This document shows, one piece after another, positions 41,139 through 50,005 of a DNA stretch of 59,996 bases; position 1 is the first letter of the stretch, and each line of letters begins with the position of its first letter. Both the position numbers and the translations under genes were made by a program. A model generated the notes under the pieces. It had not been told where the DNA came from, searched no databases, and saw only the letters and a program-made list of their open reading frames with translations. This DNA is from an uncultured bacterium (GTDB taxonomy: Bacteria > Omnitrophota > Gorgyraeia > Kaelpiales > Kaelpiaceae): positions 1-59,996 of the forward strand of contig CBEUCN010000002.1 in NCBI GenBank assembly GCA_965541635.1. Direction: 5' to 3'.

Positions 41139-42178
41139 AGTCCAGGATTCTTAAATTTGGAAATTTTAAAATTGGGGGTAACAATCCAATTTTAATTCAA
41201 ACTATGATAAAAAATCCTCTGTGGGAAGTAAAAAAAATTCTAAATATAATTTCGAGGTTGAAACAAAAGGGATGCGATTTTGTCCGCCTGGCATTTAAAG
41301 ACTCGCAAGATAGCAAATATCTTCAGGAAATTATTAATAGAAGCAAATTACAGATTGAGGTAGATATTCATTTTCATCCTCATTTTGCTATTCAGGCTTT
41401 AAATCTCGGGGCTAAAATGATAAGAATCAATCCTGGAAATATAGATAAATCACAACTTAAGGATATTGCTCGACTTGCTAACCAGAAAAAGGCAATAATT
41501 AGAGTGGGTGCAAATATCGGCTCTATTCCTGAAAAATATATAAAGAAAAACAAGGCAGAAGCTATGGTTAAAATAATTCAGGAATATGTTAGTCATCTGG
41601 AAAAACTGGGCTTTTATAATATTATGCTTTCTGCCAAATCTGATTCTGTAAGAGAAACCTATAAGGTCAATCTTAAACTTGCGGAATTATTTGATTATCC
41701 CATCCATTTAGGAATTACAGCCACAGGGCCTGGTGTGGATTCAATAGTTAAGTCCAGTATGGGAATTGGTTCTCTTCTTCTTCAAGGCATCGGAGATGTT
41801 ATAAGAGTTTCCTATACTGGTTCTGTATTTCAGGAGGTAGAAATAGCAAAAGCAATACTTCAAGGATTGGATTTGAGAAAATTTGGCCCTGAGGTAATTT
41901 CTTGTCCGGGATGTTCCCGTGCCCAGATAGATTTGATAAAAATAGCCACAGCAGTGAAATCAGAAGTAGAAAAGTTAAATATAAATAAAGGAATTAAAAT
42001 TGCAGTCATGGGTTGTGAAGTAAATGGTCCGGGTGAGGCAAAATCTGCTGATATTGGAATTACAGGGGGGAAAGGTGTGGGGATGATATTCAAAAAGGGA
42101 AAAATTATAAGAAAGGTAAAGGAAGAAAATATGGTTACTGAGTTGATGGCAGAAATTAAAACAATGACAGGAGGTTAA
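41135..42178 (+). CDS. ispG: HMBPP synthase (flavodoxin/ferredoxin-dependent)
   Basis: VRLAF, RINPGNI, SCPGCSR and MGCEVNGPGE. Confidence 0.93.
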   Translation: MKSRILKFGNFKIGGNNPILIQTMIKNPLWEVKKILNIISRLKQKGCDFVRLAFKDSQDSKYLQEIINRSKLQIEVDIHFHPHFAIQALNLGAKMIRINPGNIDKSQLKDIARLANQKKAIIRVGANIGSIPEKYIKKNKAEAMVKIIQEYVSHLEKLGFYNIMLSAKSDSVRETYKVNLKLAELFDYPIHLGITATGPGVDSIVKSSMGIGSLLLQGIGDVIRVSYTGSVFQEVEIAKAILQGLDLRKFGPEVISCPGCSRAQIDLIKIATAVKSEVEKLNINKGIKIAVMGCEVNGPGEAKSADIGITGGKGVGMIFKKGKIIRKVKEENMVTELMAEIKTMTGG

Positions 42179-42179
42179 A

Positions 42180-43877
42180 ATGCGATTTTCTACTGCATTT
42201 ATACCTACACTTCGTCAGAAACCAAAAGAGGCAGAGGCAGTAAGCCATAAACTGATGGTCCGTTCCGGAATGGTAAGACGCCTGACTTCTGGTATTTATT
42301 GTTATCTTCCACTGGGATGGAAAGTTTTAAAAAAAGTTATTGATATTGTGCGAGAAGAAATGGATAAAACTGGAGCCCAGGAAGTTCTTCTACCTGCAAT
42401 TCATCCCATAGAACTGTGGGAGAAAACTGGTAGGGTTCATGATCTGGGAGATGATATGATTAAGTTTAAAAACCGCTCTGATAGGATTATGGCTTTAGGA
42501 CCTACTCATGAAGAAGTAATTACTTGGCTGGTGGCGGGTGAGGTGCATTCTTATAAGCAGTTGCCAGTTATACTTTACCAGATTCAGACCAAATTCAGAG
42601 ATGAGCCCCGTCCCAGGTTTGGAGTGATAAGAACCTGTGAATTCATAATGAAGGATGCTTACAGTTTCCATACTGATTGGGACTCTCTAGATATAGCCTA
42701 TAATGAAATGTATTCTGCTTATGCCAAAATTTTTGAACGGTGTGGTCTTGATTTTGTAATTGTGGAGGCCGATCCCGGAGTAATGGGGGGAGATGTTTCT
42801 CATGAGTTTATGGCTTTATCTCAATATGGGGAAGATAAGGTCGTTGTATGCAGTAAATGTGATTATAGAACAAGTTTAGAAATTGCGGAGAGAAAACCTC
42901 CGGAAATAGAAATCAGAGAAAAAACATTTAAGGAGATTAAAGAAGTTCATACTCCAGGAATAAGCAGTGTAGAAGATGTATCCCGGTTTTTAAATGTATC
43001 TCCTCAACAGTTGCTTAAGACCATAATTTATAAAGCCGGGGATAAATTCATAGCGGCTCTGGTGTCGGGAGATAAAGAGATAAATGAGGTCAAGTTAAGG
43101 AGGCATCTTGGAGTTAAGGAGTTAAGAATGGCAGAGCCAGATGAGATTAAAAATATTACGGGAGCAGAGGTAGGATTTTCAGGGCCTGTGGGTTTGAAAG
43201 TTAAGAAAATTGCCGACTATGATGTAGAGGGAATGTCTAATTTTGTAACTGGAGCCAATAAGACTGACTATCATCTCAAAAATGTCAATATCGGAAGAGA
43301 TTTTAAAATTGATGAATATGCAGATATAAGATATGTGCAACAAGGAGACAATTGTCCTAAATGTGGAGAAAAACTGGAGATAAAAAATGCCATAGAAATA
43401 GGGCATATATTTAAACTGGGCACAAAATACAGTCAGCCCCTCAATGCCATTTTTCTGGATGAAAAAGGTAAGGAGCATCCTATAATAATGGGTTGTTATG
43501 GGATTGGTATTAACAGGATAATAGCCTCCTATATTGAACAGAACTATGATGATAAGGGAATTATCTGGAATAGAGAACTTGCTCCTTTTCAATTTGTGAT
43601 TATTCCCATAAATATGAGCGATGAAAGGATAAAAACCAAGGCAGAAGAAATTTACCAGTTTCTGATGGAGAAGGGCTGTGAAGTTCTGTATGATGATAGA
43701 GATTTGCGTGCCGGGATAAAGTTCAACGATGCCGAGTTGATAGGAATTCCAGAGCAGATAATTATCGGAGATAAATACCTTAAAGAAGGTAAAATTGAAC
43801 TCAAATCCCGCCGCACCCGGGAAAGCAGACTTCTTTCTGGGCCTGAAGATATCCTTACTTCTCTTTCTGCAGGTTAA
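42180..43877 (+). CDS. proS: Proline--tRNA ligase (bacterial type with editing insertion)
   Basis: AEAVSHKLMVRSGMVRRL, FRDEPRPRFGVIR, GCYGIG; 565 aa. Confidence 0.96.
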   Translation: MRFSTAFIPTLRQKPKEAEAVSHKLMVRSGMVRRLTSGIYCYLPLGWKVLKKVIDIVREEMDKTGAQEVLLPAIHPIELWEKTGRVHDLGDDMIKFKNRSDRIMALGPTHEEVITWLVAGEVHSYKQLPVILYQIQTKFRDEPRPRFGVIRTCEFIMKDAYSFHTDWDSLDIAYNEMYSAYAKIFERCGLDFVIVEADPGVMGGDVSHEFMALSQYGEDKVVVCSKCDYRTSLEIAERKPPEIEIREKTFKEIKEVHTPGISSVEDVSRFLNVSPQQLLKTIIYKAGDKFIAALVSGDKEINEVKLRRHLGVKELRMAEPDEIKNITGAEVGFSGPVGLKVKKIADYDVEGMSNFVTGANKTDYHLKNVNIGRDFKIDEYADIRYVQQGDNCPKCGEKLEIKNAIEIGHIFKLGTKYSQPLNAIFLDEKGKEHPIIMGCYGIGINRIIASYIEQNYDDKGIIWNRELAPFQFVIIPINMSDERIKTKAEEIYQFLMEKGCEVLYDDRDLRAGIKFNDAELIGIPEQIIIGDKYLKEGKIELKSRRTRESRLLSGPEDILTSLSAG

Positions 43878-44051
43878 AATTGAAAATCACGGTGCCGTAA
43901 TAATTGCATAAAAATAATCTTATTATATATTTAAAAAATATTTATATTAACTCGACAAGATGAGAAATAAGTGATATATTTTCTTTAAAGAGAAAGGAGG
44001 GGTTGAAATAGATGAGAGGCGTGGAGAGAGAAAAAAAGGAGGTGAAGTAAA

Positions 44052-44510
44052 ATGAAAGGAAGAATTTTTGTAGGTGTAGTAGTAGTGGTAGGAATATTTG
44101 GGAACGTTGCCTTAGGTGCAACAATAGAGGGATTTGCTGGAACCTCGGTGGATGTAGACTGGACATCCCCGGGTATAAGTCTTGAAGACATACAGAGTTT
44201 TGAACAAGCAATGGCACCTTTTTTGGAGTCAGAAGAACTTCTTCAGATTCAGCCACCAGAGTGGGTAGGAAAGTGGGAGCAGCAACTCGGAGCATATTTA
44301 GAAAGGAAAGCATATATAGAAGAAAGACCGGTAGCATGCTGGCTGTTTTTGATAGAGAGAGCGAATATTGAACCTCAGCAGACGGTCTCCGATGTGTTAT
44401 CCTCGCAGATATTGCAAATACTCCAGACAGACTCAAACACTCTAGAGATTATAAAGAAGATACTTCCCGATCTGCTTCAGGAGATAGTGAGTGAAAAGAG
44501 TCAACTATGA
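44052..44510 (+). CDS. Orphan hypothetical secreted protein
   Basis: AGGAGGTG SD. Signal-like MKGRIFVGVVVVVGIFGNVALGA. Acidic mature part with no recognised family. It is followed by a strong terminator. Confidence 0.5.
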   Translation: MKGRIFVGVVVVVGIFGNVALGATIEGFAGTSVDVDWTSPGISLEDIQSFEQAMAPFLESEELLQIQPPEWVGKWEQQLGAYLERKAYIEERPVACWLFLIERANIEPQQTVSDVLSSQILQILQTDSNTLEIIKKILPDLLQEIVSEKSQL

Positions 44511-44534
44511 AGATAAAAAGTAGTGCTGGAATTA

Positions 44535-44567
44535 AAGCCCGCCCAGAGAGGTGGGCTTTTTATTTTT
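44535..44567 (+). terminator. Rho-independent terminator
   Basis: Stem AAGCCCGCC / GGTGGGCTT (9 bp, one G-U), loop CAGAGA, then TTTATTTTT. An A-run on the 5' side could make it bidirectional. Confidence 0.75.
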
Positions 44568-44900
44568 GGCTAAATTTATCACACTTTCTGTCAATCACAT
44601 AGATGGGTATTTGCTTTCTTCTTGTTAATTTCTTCAATTATTTTTGTTTTGTTTTAAAAAATAAGAGTAGTTCTCCATGATAGCACGTGGTGAGGAGATA
44701 TTTACTGCTCCGCAGATAATTTTAATGTTACTACTATATCAAGATGTCGAATTTCAATTAGGTTTTTGATGTTCCCTCTGGCTAAGGAAACGGTACAGAA
44801 AATGTTATTGTAGCTACACAAAATCGCTCAGTTATAATTGACAAAATTGGAGCTTTATAATAACATTAAGGAACTAATTTAAAAATCAGGAGGTCAAAAA

Positions 44901-46061
44901 ATGATGGATTATCTGTTAACTGAAGAACAGCAGATGCTTAAAGAACTTGCTCATCAGATTGCTGAGGAGAAAATTCGTCCTGTAGCCAAGCATTATGATG
45001 AAACCCAAGAATTTCCCTCAGAGATTATGAAGATTTTAGCTCAGAGTGATTTGTTTGGAGTCTACATTGAAGAAAAATATGGAGGAACAGGTGGAGGTGT
45101 TCTGGATTTGGTTTTGGTCACTGAAGAACTTTCTCGAGCCTGCGGAGGAATAGCCATTTGCTATGCTGCCTCTGCTCTTGGAACTTATCCTCTAATTCTT
45201 TTTGGCAATGAGGAGCAGAAACAGAAATATCTTCCAGATTTAGCTAGTGGTAAAAAATTGGCAGCATTTGCTCTCACTGAACCCAATGCCGGTAGCGATG
45301 CTTCCGCAATTGAAACCAAAGCCGAAAAAAAGGGGGATTATTATATTCTTAATGGTAGAAAGCAATGGATTACTAATGGTGGGGAGGCTGATGTTTATGT
45401 GGTAATTGCTATGACCGATAAATCTAAAGGTGCGCGGGGAGCGACTGCTTTTATACTGGAGAAAGGAATGGAAGGGTTTGAGTTTGGTAAGAAAGAGGAT
45501 AAATTAGGCATCAGAGCCTCAACCACCAGAGAACTTCTATTTGATGACTGTAAGGTTCCCAAGGAGAATATATTGGGAAGAGAAGGAATGGGATTTATCA
45601 TTGCTATGAAGACATTTGATGTTTCCCGTCCAGGTGTTGCTGCTCAAGCAGTGGGGATTGCTCAGGGAGCGTTAGAACTTGCTTTAGAATACGCTCACCA
45701 GCGCCATCAATTTGGCAAGCCCATTTCCAGTTTTCAGGGAATTCAGTTTATGCTTGCAGATATGGCTGCTGAATTGGAAGCAGCCAGGGCGCTTTTATAT
45801 TCGGTCTGCAGAATGATAGATAGTGGAAACACCAATGTCAGTAAGGAATCAGCAATGGCAAAGATGTACGCTTCCGATGTTTGTATGAAAATTACTACCA
45901 ATTGTGTCCAGATTTTTGGTGGCTATGGTTATATGCGAGAATATCCTATTGAAAAATATTTTCGTGATGCCAAGATCACCCAGATTTATGAAGGGACAAA
46001 TCAAATAATGCGAGAAATAATTGCTTTAGGACTGATTAAGGAACTTCATAAGAAAAAATGA
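44901..46061 (+). CDS. bcd: Short-chain (butyryl-CoA type) acyl-CoA dehydrogenase
   Basis: FALTEPNAGSDA, WITNGG, QIFGGYGY and IYEGTNQI (catalytic Glu context). Confidence 0.92.
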   Translation: MMDYLLTEEQQMLKELAHQIAEEKIRPVAKHYDETQEFPSEIMKILAQSDLFGVYIEEKYGGTGGGVLDLVLVTEELSRACGGIAICYAASALGTYPLILFGNEEQKQKYLPDLASGKKLAAFALTEPNAGSDASAIETKAEKKGDYYILNGRKQWITNGGEADVYVVIAMTDKSKGARGATAFILEKGMEGFEFGKKEDKLGIRASTTRELLFDDCKVPKENILGREGMGFIIAMKTFDVSRPGVAAQAVGIAQGALELALEYAHQRHQFGKPISSFQGIQFMLADMAAELEAARALLYSVCRMIDSGNTNVSKESAMAKMYASDVCMKITTNCVQIFGGYGYMREYPIEKYFRDAKITQIYEGTNQIMREIIALGLIKELHKKK

Positions 46062-46846
46062 AGATAATAGTATGTATAAAGCAAGTGCCTGAAACCACTA
46101 ATGTCAAAATTGATCCTGAAAAAGGAACTCTTATCCGGGAGGGAGTAGATTCCATTATTAATCCATTTGATATGTATGCCATTGAAGAAGGATTGCGGAT
46201 TAAAGAGAGATTGGGAGAAGGAGAAGTTATTATAATTTCTATGGGACCACCACAGGCAGAGCAGGCATTACGAGAAGCGATATCAATGGGTGCTGATTCT
46301 GCAGTTTTGATAACTGATAGAAAACTCGCTGGTTCTGATACCTGGGCTACAAGTTATACGCTTGCGCGAGCAATTGAGAAGATTGGAGATTATAATTTGA
46401 TTTTATGTGGTAAGCAGGCAATCGATGGAGATACTGCCCAGGTTGGTCCTGGAATTTCCTCTTGGCTGGACATTCCTCAGGTTACTTATGTAAAGAAGAT
46501 AAGACAGATAACCAAAGATAAAGCAGTTGTAGAAAGGATGACAGAAGAAGGCTTTGATGTAATTGAAACCCCTCTGCCAGCACTTTTTACAGTTGTAAAA
46601 GAAATTAATGAACCCCGTTTGCCTTCTTTAAAAGGGAAATTAAGGGCGAAAAAAATGGAGATACCAGTATGGGGAGTGGAGGATTTAGGATTGGAAGATG
46701 ATAAAATCGGATTGAATGGTTCACCAACGAGGGTAGTTAAAATATTTACTCCTCCTCCTCGGGAAAAAGGGATGATTTTAAAAGGACAGCCCCAGGAAGC
46801 AGTGGATAAGTTAGTTGAGAAACTTAAGGATGTGGTAATAAGATGA
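46058..46846 (+). CDS. etfB: Electron transfer flavoprotein beta subunit
   Basis: MKIIVCIKQVP, NPFDMYAIEEGLR, CGKQAIDGDTAQVGP. Confidence 0.92.
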   Translation: MKIIVCIKQVPETTNVKIDPEKGTLIREGVDSIINPFDMYAIEEGLRIKERLGEGEVIIISMGPPQAEQALREAISMGADSAVLITDRKLAGSDTWATSYTLARAIEKIGDYNLILCGKQAIDGDTAQVGPGISSWLDIPQVTYVKKIRQITKDKAVVERMTEEGFDVIETPLPALFTVVKEINEPRLPSLKGKLRAKKMEIPVWGVEDLGLEDDKIGLNGSPTRVVKIFTPPPREKGMILKGQPQEAVDKLVEKLKDVVIR

Positions 46847-48033
46847 TTAGAGTAATTAAAGAGAAATGTACTGGCTGTGGATTATGTATTAAAGTCTGCC
46901 CATTTTCAGCAATATCTAAGACTAGTGACAACAAGGTAGAAATTGATGTTACAAAATGTAATTTGTGTTCCGCATGTATCTCAGCCTGTAAGTTGTCAGC
47001 AATTGTAATTGAAAGAGAAGAAGAAAAAAAGGACTTTTCCCAATATAAAAATGTCTGGGTATTTGCAGAACAGAAAAGGGGTGTAATTCAGCCAGTGGTA
47101 TATGAACTTTTAGGGAAAGGTAGAGAACTGGCTGATAGGCTTAGGTCTCAGTTATGGGCAATTCTATTGGGGTATAGGATAAGAGACCAGGCTCAAGAAT
47201 TGATTTATCGAGGAGCTGATAAGGTTATAGTAGTAGAAGATTTACTTTTAGAGAATTTTCTGGATGAACCCTATACTCAGGTTCTTGTAGATTTAATTCA
47301 AAAATATAAACCCGAAATTCTTTTGGCAGGAGCAACCACAATTGGAAGGGCTCTTGTTTCAAGAGTAGCAGTTAAAGTTCATGCTGGGCTGACGGCAGAC
47401 TGTACTGGTTTGGAGATAGATTCTGAGGAGAGATTACTTCTTCAAACAAGGCCAGCATTTGGTGGAAATATTATGGCAACAATTATAACTCCCAATCATA
47501 GGCCCCAGATGGCTACTGTCAGACATAAGGTTATGAAGGAAGCAAAAGTAGATTCTAAGAGAAAAGGAGAGGTGGAAGTTTTAAATTATGATGGAAAACT
47601 CGGTTCCCGAACCAAACTTATAGATATGATAGATGAAGTGGGAAAGACAGTGAATCTTGCTGAAGCGGATATAATTGTTTCCGGAGGAAGAGGTTTAGGT
47701 AAGGCAGAGAATTTTAGAATTATTGAAGAACTAGCAGAAGTTCTGGGTGCAGCAGTTGGAGCTTCGCGGGCAGCAGTTGATGCTGGCTGGATTTCATATG
47801 CCCATCAAGTGGGACAGACCGGTAGAACAGTTTGTCCTAAACTATATATAGCCTGTGGTATATCAGGTCAAATTCAACATTTGGTAGGAATGCAATCTTC
47901 TGATATAATAGTAGCGATAAATAAAGACCCGGAAGCGCCGATCTTTAAAGTTGCGGATTACGGAATAGTGGGAGATTTGTTTGAAATAGTGCCATTGTTG
48001 ACTAAAAGATTTAAAGAGGTATTGAAAAGATAG
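46843..48033 (+). CDS. etfA: Electron transfer flavoprotein alpha subunit with N-terminal 2x[4Fe-4S] ferredoxin domain
   Basis: CTGCGLCIKVCP and CNLCSACISAC motifs in the first ~55 aa. A canonical EtfA follows (SGGRGLG, VGASRAAVDAGW, QVGQTG, YIACGISGQIQH). Confidence 0.92.
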   Translation: MIRVIKEKCTGCGLCIKVCPFSAISKTSDNKVEIDVTKCNLCSACISACKLSAIVIEREEEKKDFSQYKNVWVFAEQKRGVIQPVVYELLGKGRELADRLRSQLWAILLGYRIRDQAQELIYRGADKVIVVEDLLLENFLDEPYTQVLVDLIQKYKPEILLAGATTIGRALVSRVAVKVHAGLTADCTGLEIDSEERLLLQTRPAFGGNIMATIITPNHRPQMATVRHKVMKEAKVDSKRKGEVEVLNYDGKLGSRTKLIDMIDEVGKTVNLAEADIIVSGGRGLGKAENFRIIEELAEVLGAAVGASRAAVDAGWISYAHQVGQTGRTVCPKLYIACGISGQIQHLVGMQSSDIIVAINKDPEAPIFKVADYGIVGDLFEIVPLLTKRFKEVLKR

Positions 48034-48044
48034 GAGATTGAATT

Positions 48045-49253
48045 TTGGTTGATGATTTTCAAAAACTGGTTAAAGATTGTTTTGTTCTGATTTCTCTTAC
48101 TCAGGATTTGGTAATTCACAGTAATTACCACCATGGTTTAAGATGTGCCTATCTTGCTGAAAAAATTGGGGAGGAGTTAATTCCTGATGAAAAAGATATA
48201 TTATTTTTTGCCGGCTTGCTTCATGATATTGGAGCCCAGGGAGGAGCATTTCACCTTATTCATTTTCCAGATTTAAAAACCCAGATGATAAATGATGGTA
48301 TTCGAGAACATCCTTACAATACTACTCATCTTATAAGAATGTTTCCCTTTTTATTTGAAGGACAGCATAGGATTGCTGATTATATTCTTCACCATCATGA
48401 ATGGTGGAAAGGCATAGGATATCCTCGACAGTTAAGAGAAGAACAGATTCCTTTGGGTGCCAGAATTCTGCGGGCAGCGGACGCTTTTGATATTTATTCT
48501 CGTTCTGGCAAAGATAGAAACGAAATAATCCCTGAAAATGCTCTTCATCTTTTGAAGAGTAACGGAGAAATTGACCCTGTAATATATAAAATCCTTTCCA
48601 ATCTTTGTAAAAGTGAGAATTTTTTGTATGAATATCGAGTTATAGAGAATATTTTTTATTCTCATTATGAAAAGAAAAAGATTAAGTTTTTAACTTCAGA
48701 GTTAGACAGCAATCTGGTTTATGAATATATTGGATATGTAATTGAGTCCAAACTGGGAGCCAGTTCTCCTGGTCATATATATGCTGATGTCCTTTATGCT
48801 ACTCAGATTGCAACTGCCTTAGGACTTTCTTCCCAGGAAGTAAAGGATATAAAGATTGCCAGTTATCTCCATGATTTAGGTAAATTAGCAATTCCCAGTG
48901 AGATAATTGAGAAACCTGCTTTGCTTACTGAAAAAGAATGGGAAATTGTAAGAGCCCATGCCAGTTTAACTATTGAACTTTTAGAAAGTGTGCCTGCATT
49001 TAAAAAATTCAGTTTTGCAGGGTATCATCATGAAAGATGGGATGGGAAGGGCTATCCTCAGGGACTTAAAGAAGATGAGATACCTTTGGGTGCAAGAATT
49101 ATATGTATTGCAGATGCTTTAGATGCTATGACTTCCAGAAGACCATACCGTCCGACACTTACATTTCAGGAAGCCCTTATTGAAATAGAAAAAAATTCCG
49201 GAACCCAATTTGATCCCCATATCGTGCCTAAGGTTTTAGAAATATATAGGTGA
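48045..49253 (+). CDS. Tandem HD-GYP domain protein
   Basis: Domain 1 has LLHDIGAQGG and HHHEWWKGIGYP. Domain 2 has YLHDLGKLAIP, HHERWDGKGYP and IADALDAM. No other sensor domain was noticed. Confidence 0.8.
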   Translation: MVDDFQKLVKDCFVLISLTQDLVIHSNYHHGLRCAYLAEKIGEELIPDEKDILFFAGLLHDIGAQGGAFHLIHFPDLKTQMINDGIREHPYNTTHLIRMFPFLFEGQHRIADYILHHHEWWKGIGYPRQLREEQIPLGARILRAADAFDIYSRSGKDRNEIIPENALHLLKSNGEIDPVIYKILSNLCKSENFLYEYRVIENIFYSHYEKKKIKFLTSELDSNLVYEYIGYVIESKLGASSPGHIYADVLYATQIATALGLSSQEVKDIKIASYLHDLGKLAIPSEIIEKPALLTEKEWEIVRAHASLTIELLESVPAFKKFSFAGYHHERWDGKGYPQGLKEDEIPLGARIICIADALDAMTSRRPYRPTLTFQEALIEIEKNSGTQFDPHIVPKVLEIYR

Positions 49254-50005
49254 AAATATATCTTCTCCTGCTGGCTATTGTTCAAGGCATCACTGAATTT
49301 TTGCCATTAAGTAGCAGCGGTCATTTGGTATTAATAGAGAAGTTTTCAGGAATTACTTCCTATAAATTAAGTGTAATAGTTTATCTTCATATCGCCACTC
49401 TTCTGGCAGTAATAGTATATTTCAGAAGAGAGATAATAAAGACACTTAAAAATAAGAAATATTTAGGTTATATCCTGATAGCATTTGCATTTACTGTAAT
49501 TGTGACCTATTTCTTAAAGAATTTTATCTTTTATTTTATGGAAAACAGTATTTATCTGGGGATAACTTTTTTGGTTACATCGGGATTTTTATTTATAACT
49601 GATAAGATTGATTATAAAAGTTATAAGAAATTAAATTTATCTCTAGCTATGCTCATAGGATTAGCTCAGGGAGTAGCTATTATTCCTGGCATTTCTCGTT
49701 CTGGAATTACTGTGGCATTAGGAATATTTCTTGGTCTTAGTCGCGAGGAGGCTTTCAAATTTTCATTTCTGCTGGCGATCCCCACATTGATTTCTGCAGG
49801 AATTTATGAATTCAAAGATATGGAAAAAGTTTGGAATCATTATTCATTCCCAATTTCATTTATAAGTTTTATTCTGACATTTTTTACGGCACTTGTAGCC
49901 ATTTATATTTTTCGCAGAATTTTATTACATAAGAAACTTTCAATTTTTGGCCTGTATTGTTGTATAATAGGTTTGATAATTCTGGTCACAGGAGGTTGGA
50001 GATGA
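49250..50005 (+). CDS. uppP: Undecaprenyl-diphosphate phosphatase
   Basis: GITEFLPLSSSGHL, PGISRSGIT; multi-TM, 251 aa. Confidence 0.92.
   Translation: MKIYLLLLAIVQGITEFLPLSSSGHLVLIEKFSGITSYKLSVIVYLHIATLLAVIVYFRREIIKTLKNKKYLGYILIAFAFTVIVTYFLKNFIFYFMENSIYLGITFLVTSGFLFITDKIDYKSYKKLNLSLAMLIGLAQGVAIIPGISRSGITVALGIFLGLSREEAFKFSFLLAIPTLISAGIYEFKDMEKVWNHYSFPISFISFILTFFTALVAIYIFRRILLHKKLSIFGLYCCIIGLIILVTGGWR

Noticed and set aside
43878-43900. Weak hairpin ACGGTGCCGT after proS as a terminator
   Set aside because: The stem is only 4 bp and there is no T-run.
43942-44436. 164-aa minus-strand ORF opposite the orphan secreted-protein gene
   Set aside because: The + strand ORF has a strong SD, a signal peptide and a downstream terminator. 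The minus ORF is S/L/P-rich, has no SD and would run into the proS terminus. I kept it only as a sign of unusual composition.
44677-44769. 30-codon ORF (MIARGEEIFTAPQIILMLLLYQDVEFQLGF) in the bcd upstream region
   Set aside because: There is no SD-like sequence upstream and no recognisable family, and an ORF of this length is expected by chance.
44838-44861. TTGACA and TATAAT hexamers upstream of bcd
   Set aside because: The spacer is only 12 nt, which is incompatible with sigma70 geometry. Alternative pairings (TTGTAG-19-TATAAT, TTGACA-17-TAACAT) are weak, so I make no promoter call.
44568-44900. Possible housekeeping RNA (RNase P, 6S, SRP or tmRNA) in the long spacer
   Set aside because: I could not find the conserved cores I remember (GAGGAAAGTCC for RNase P, or a tRNA-like end with an encoded tag for tmRNA). 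GGAAACGGTACAGAAAATG only superficially resembles an RNase P segment.
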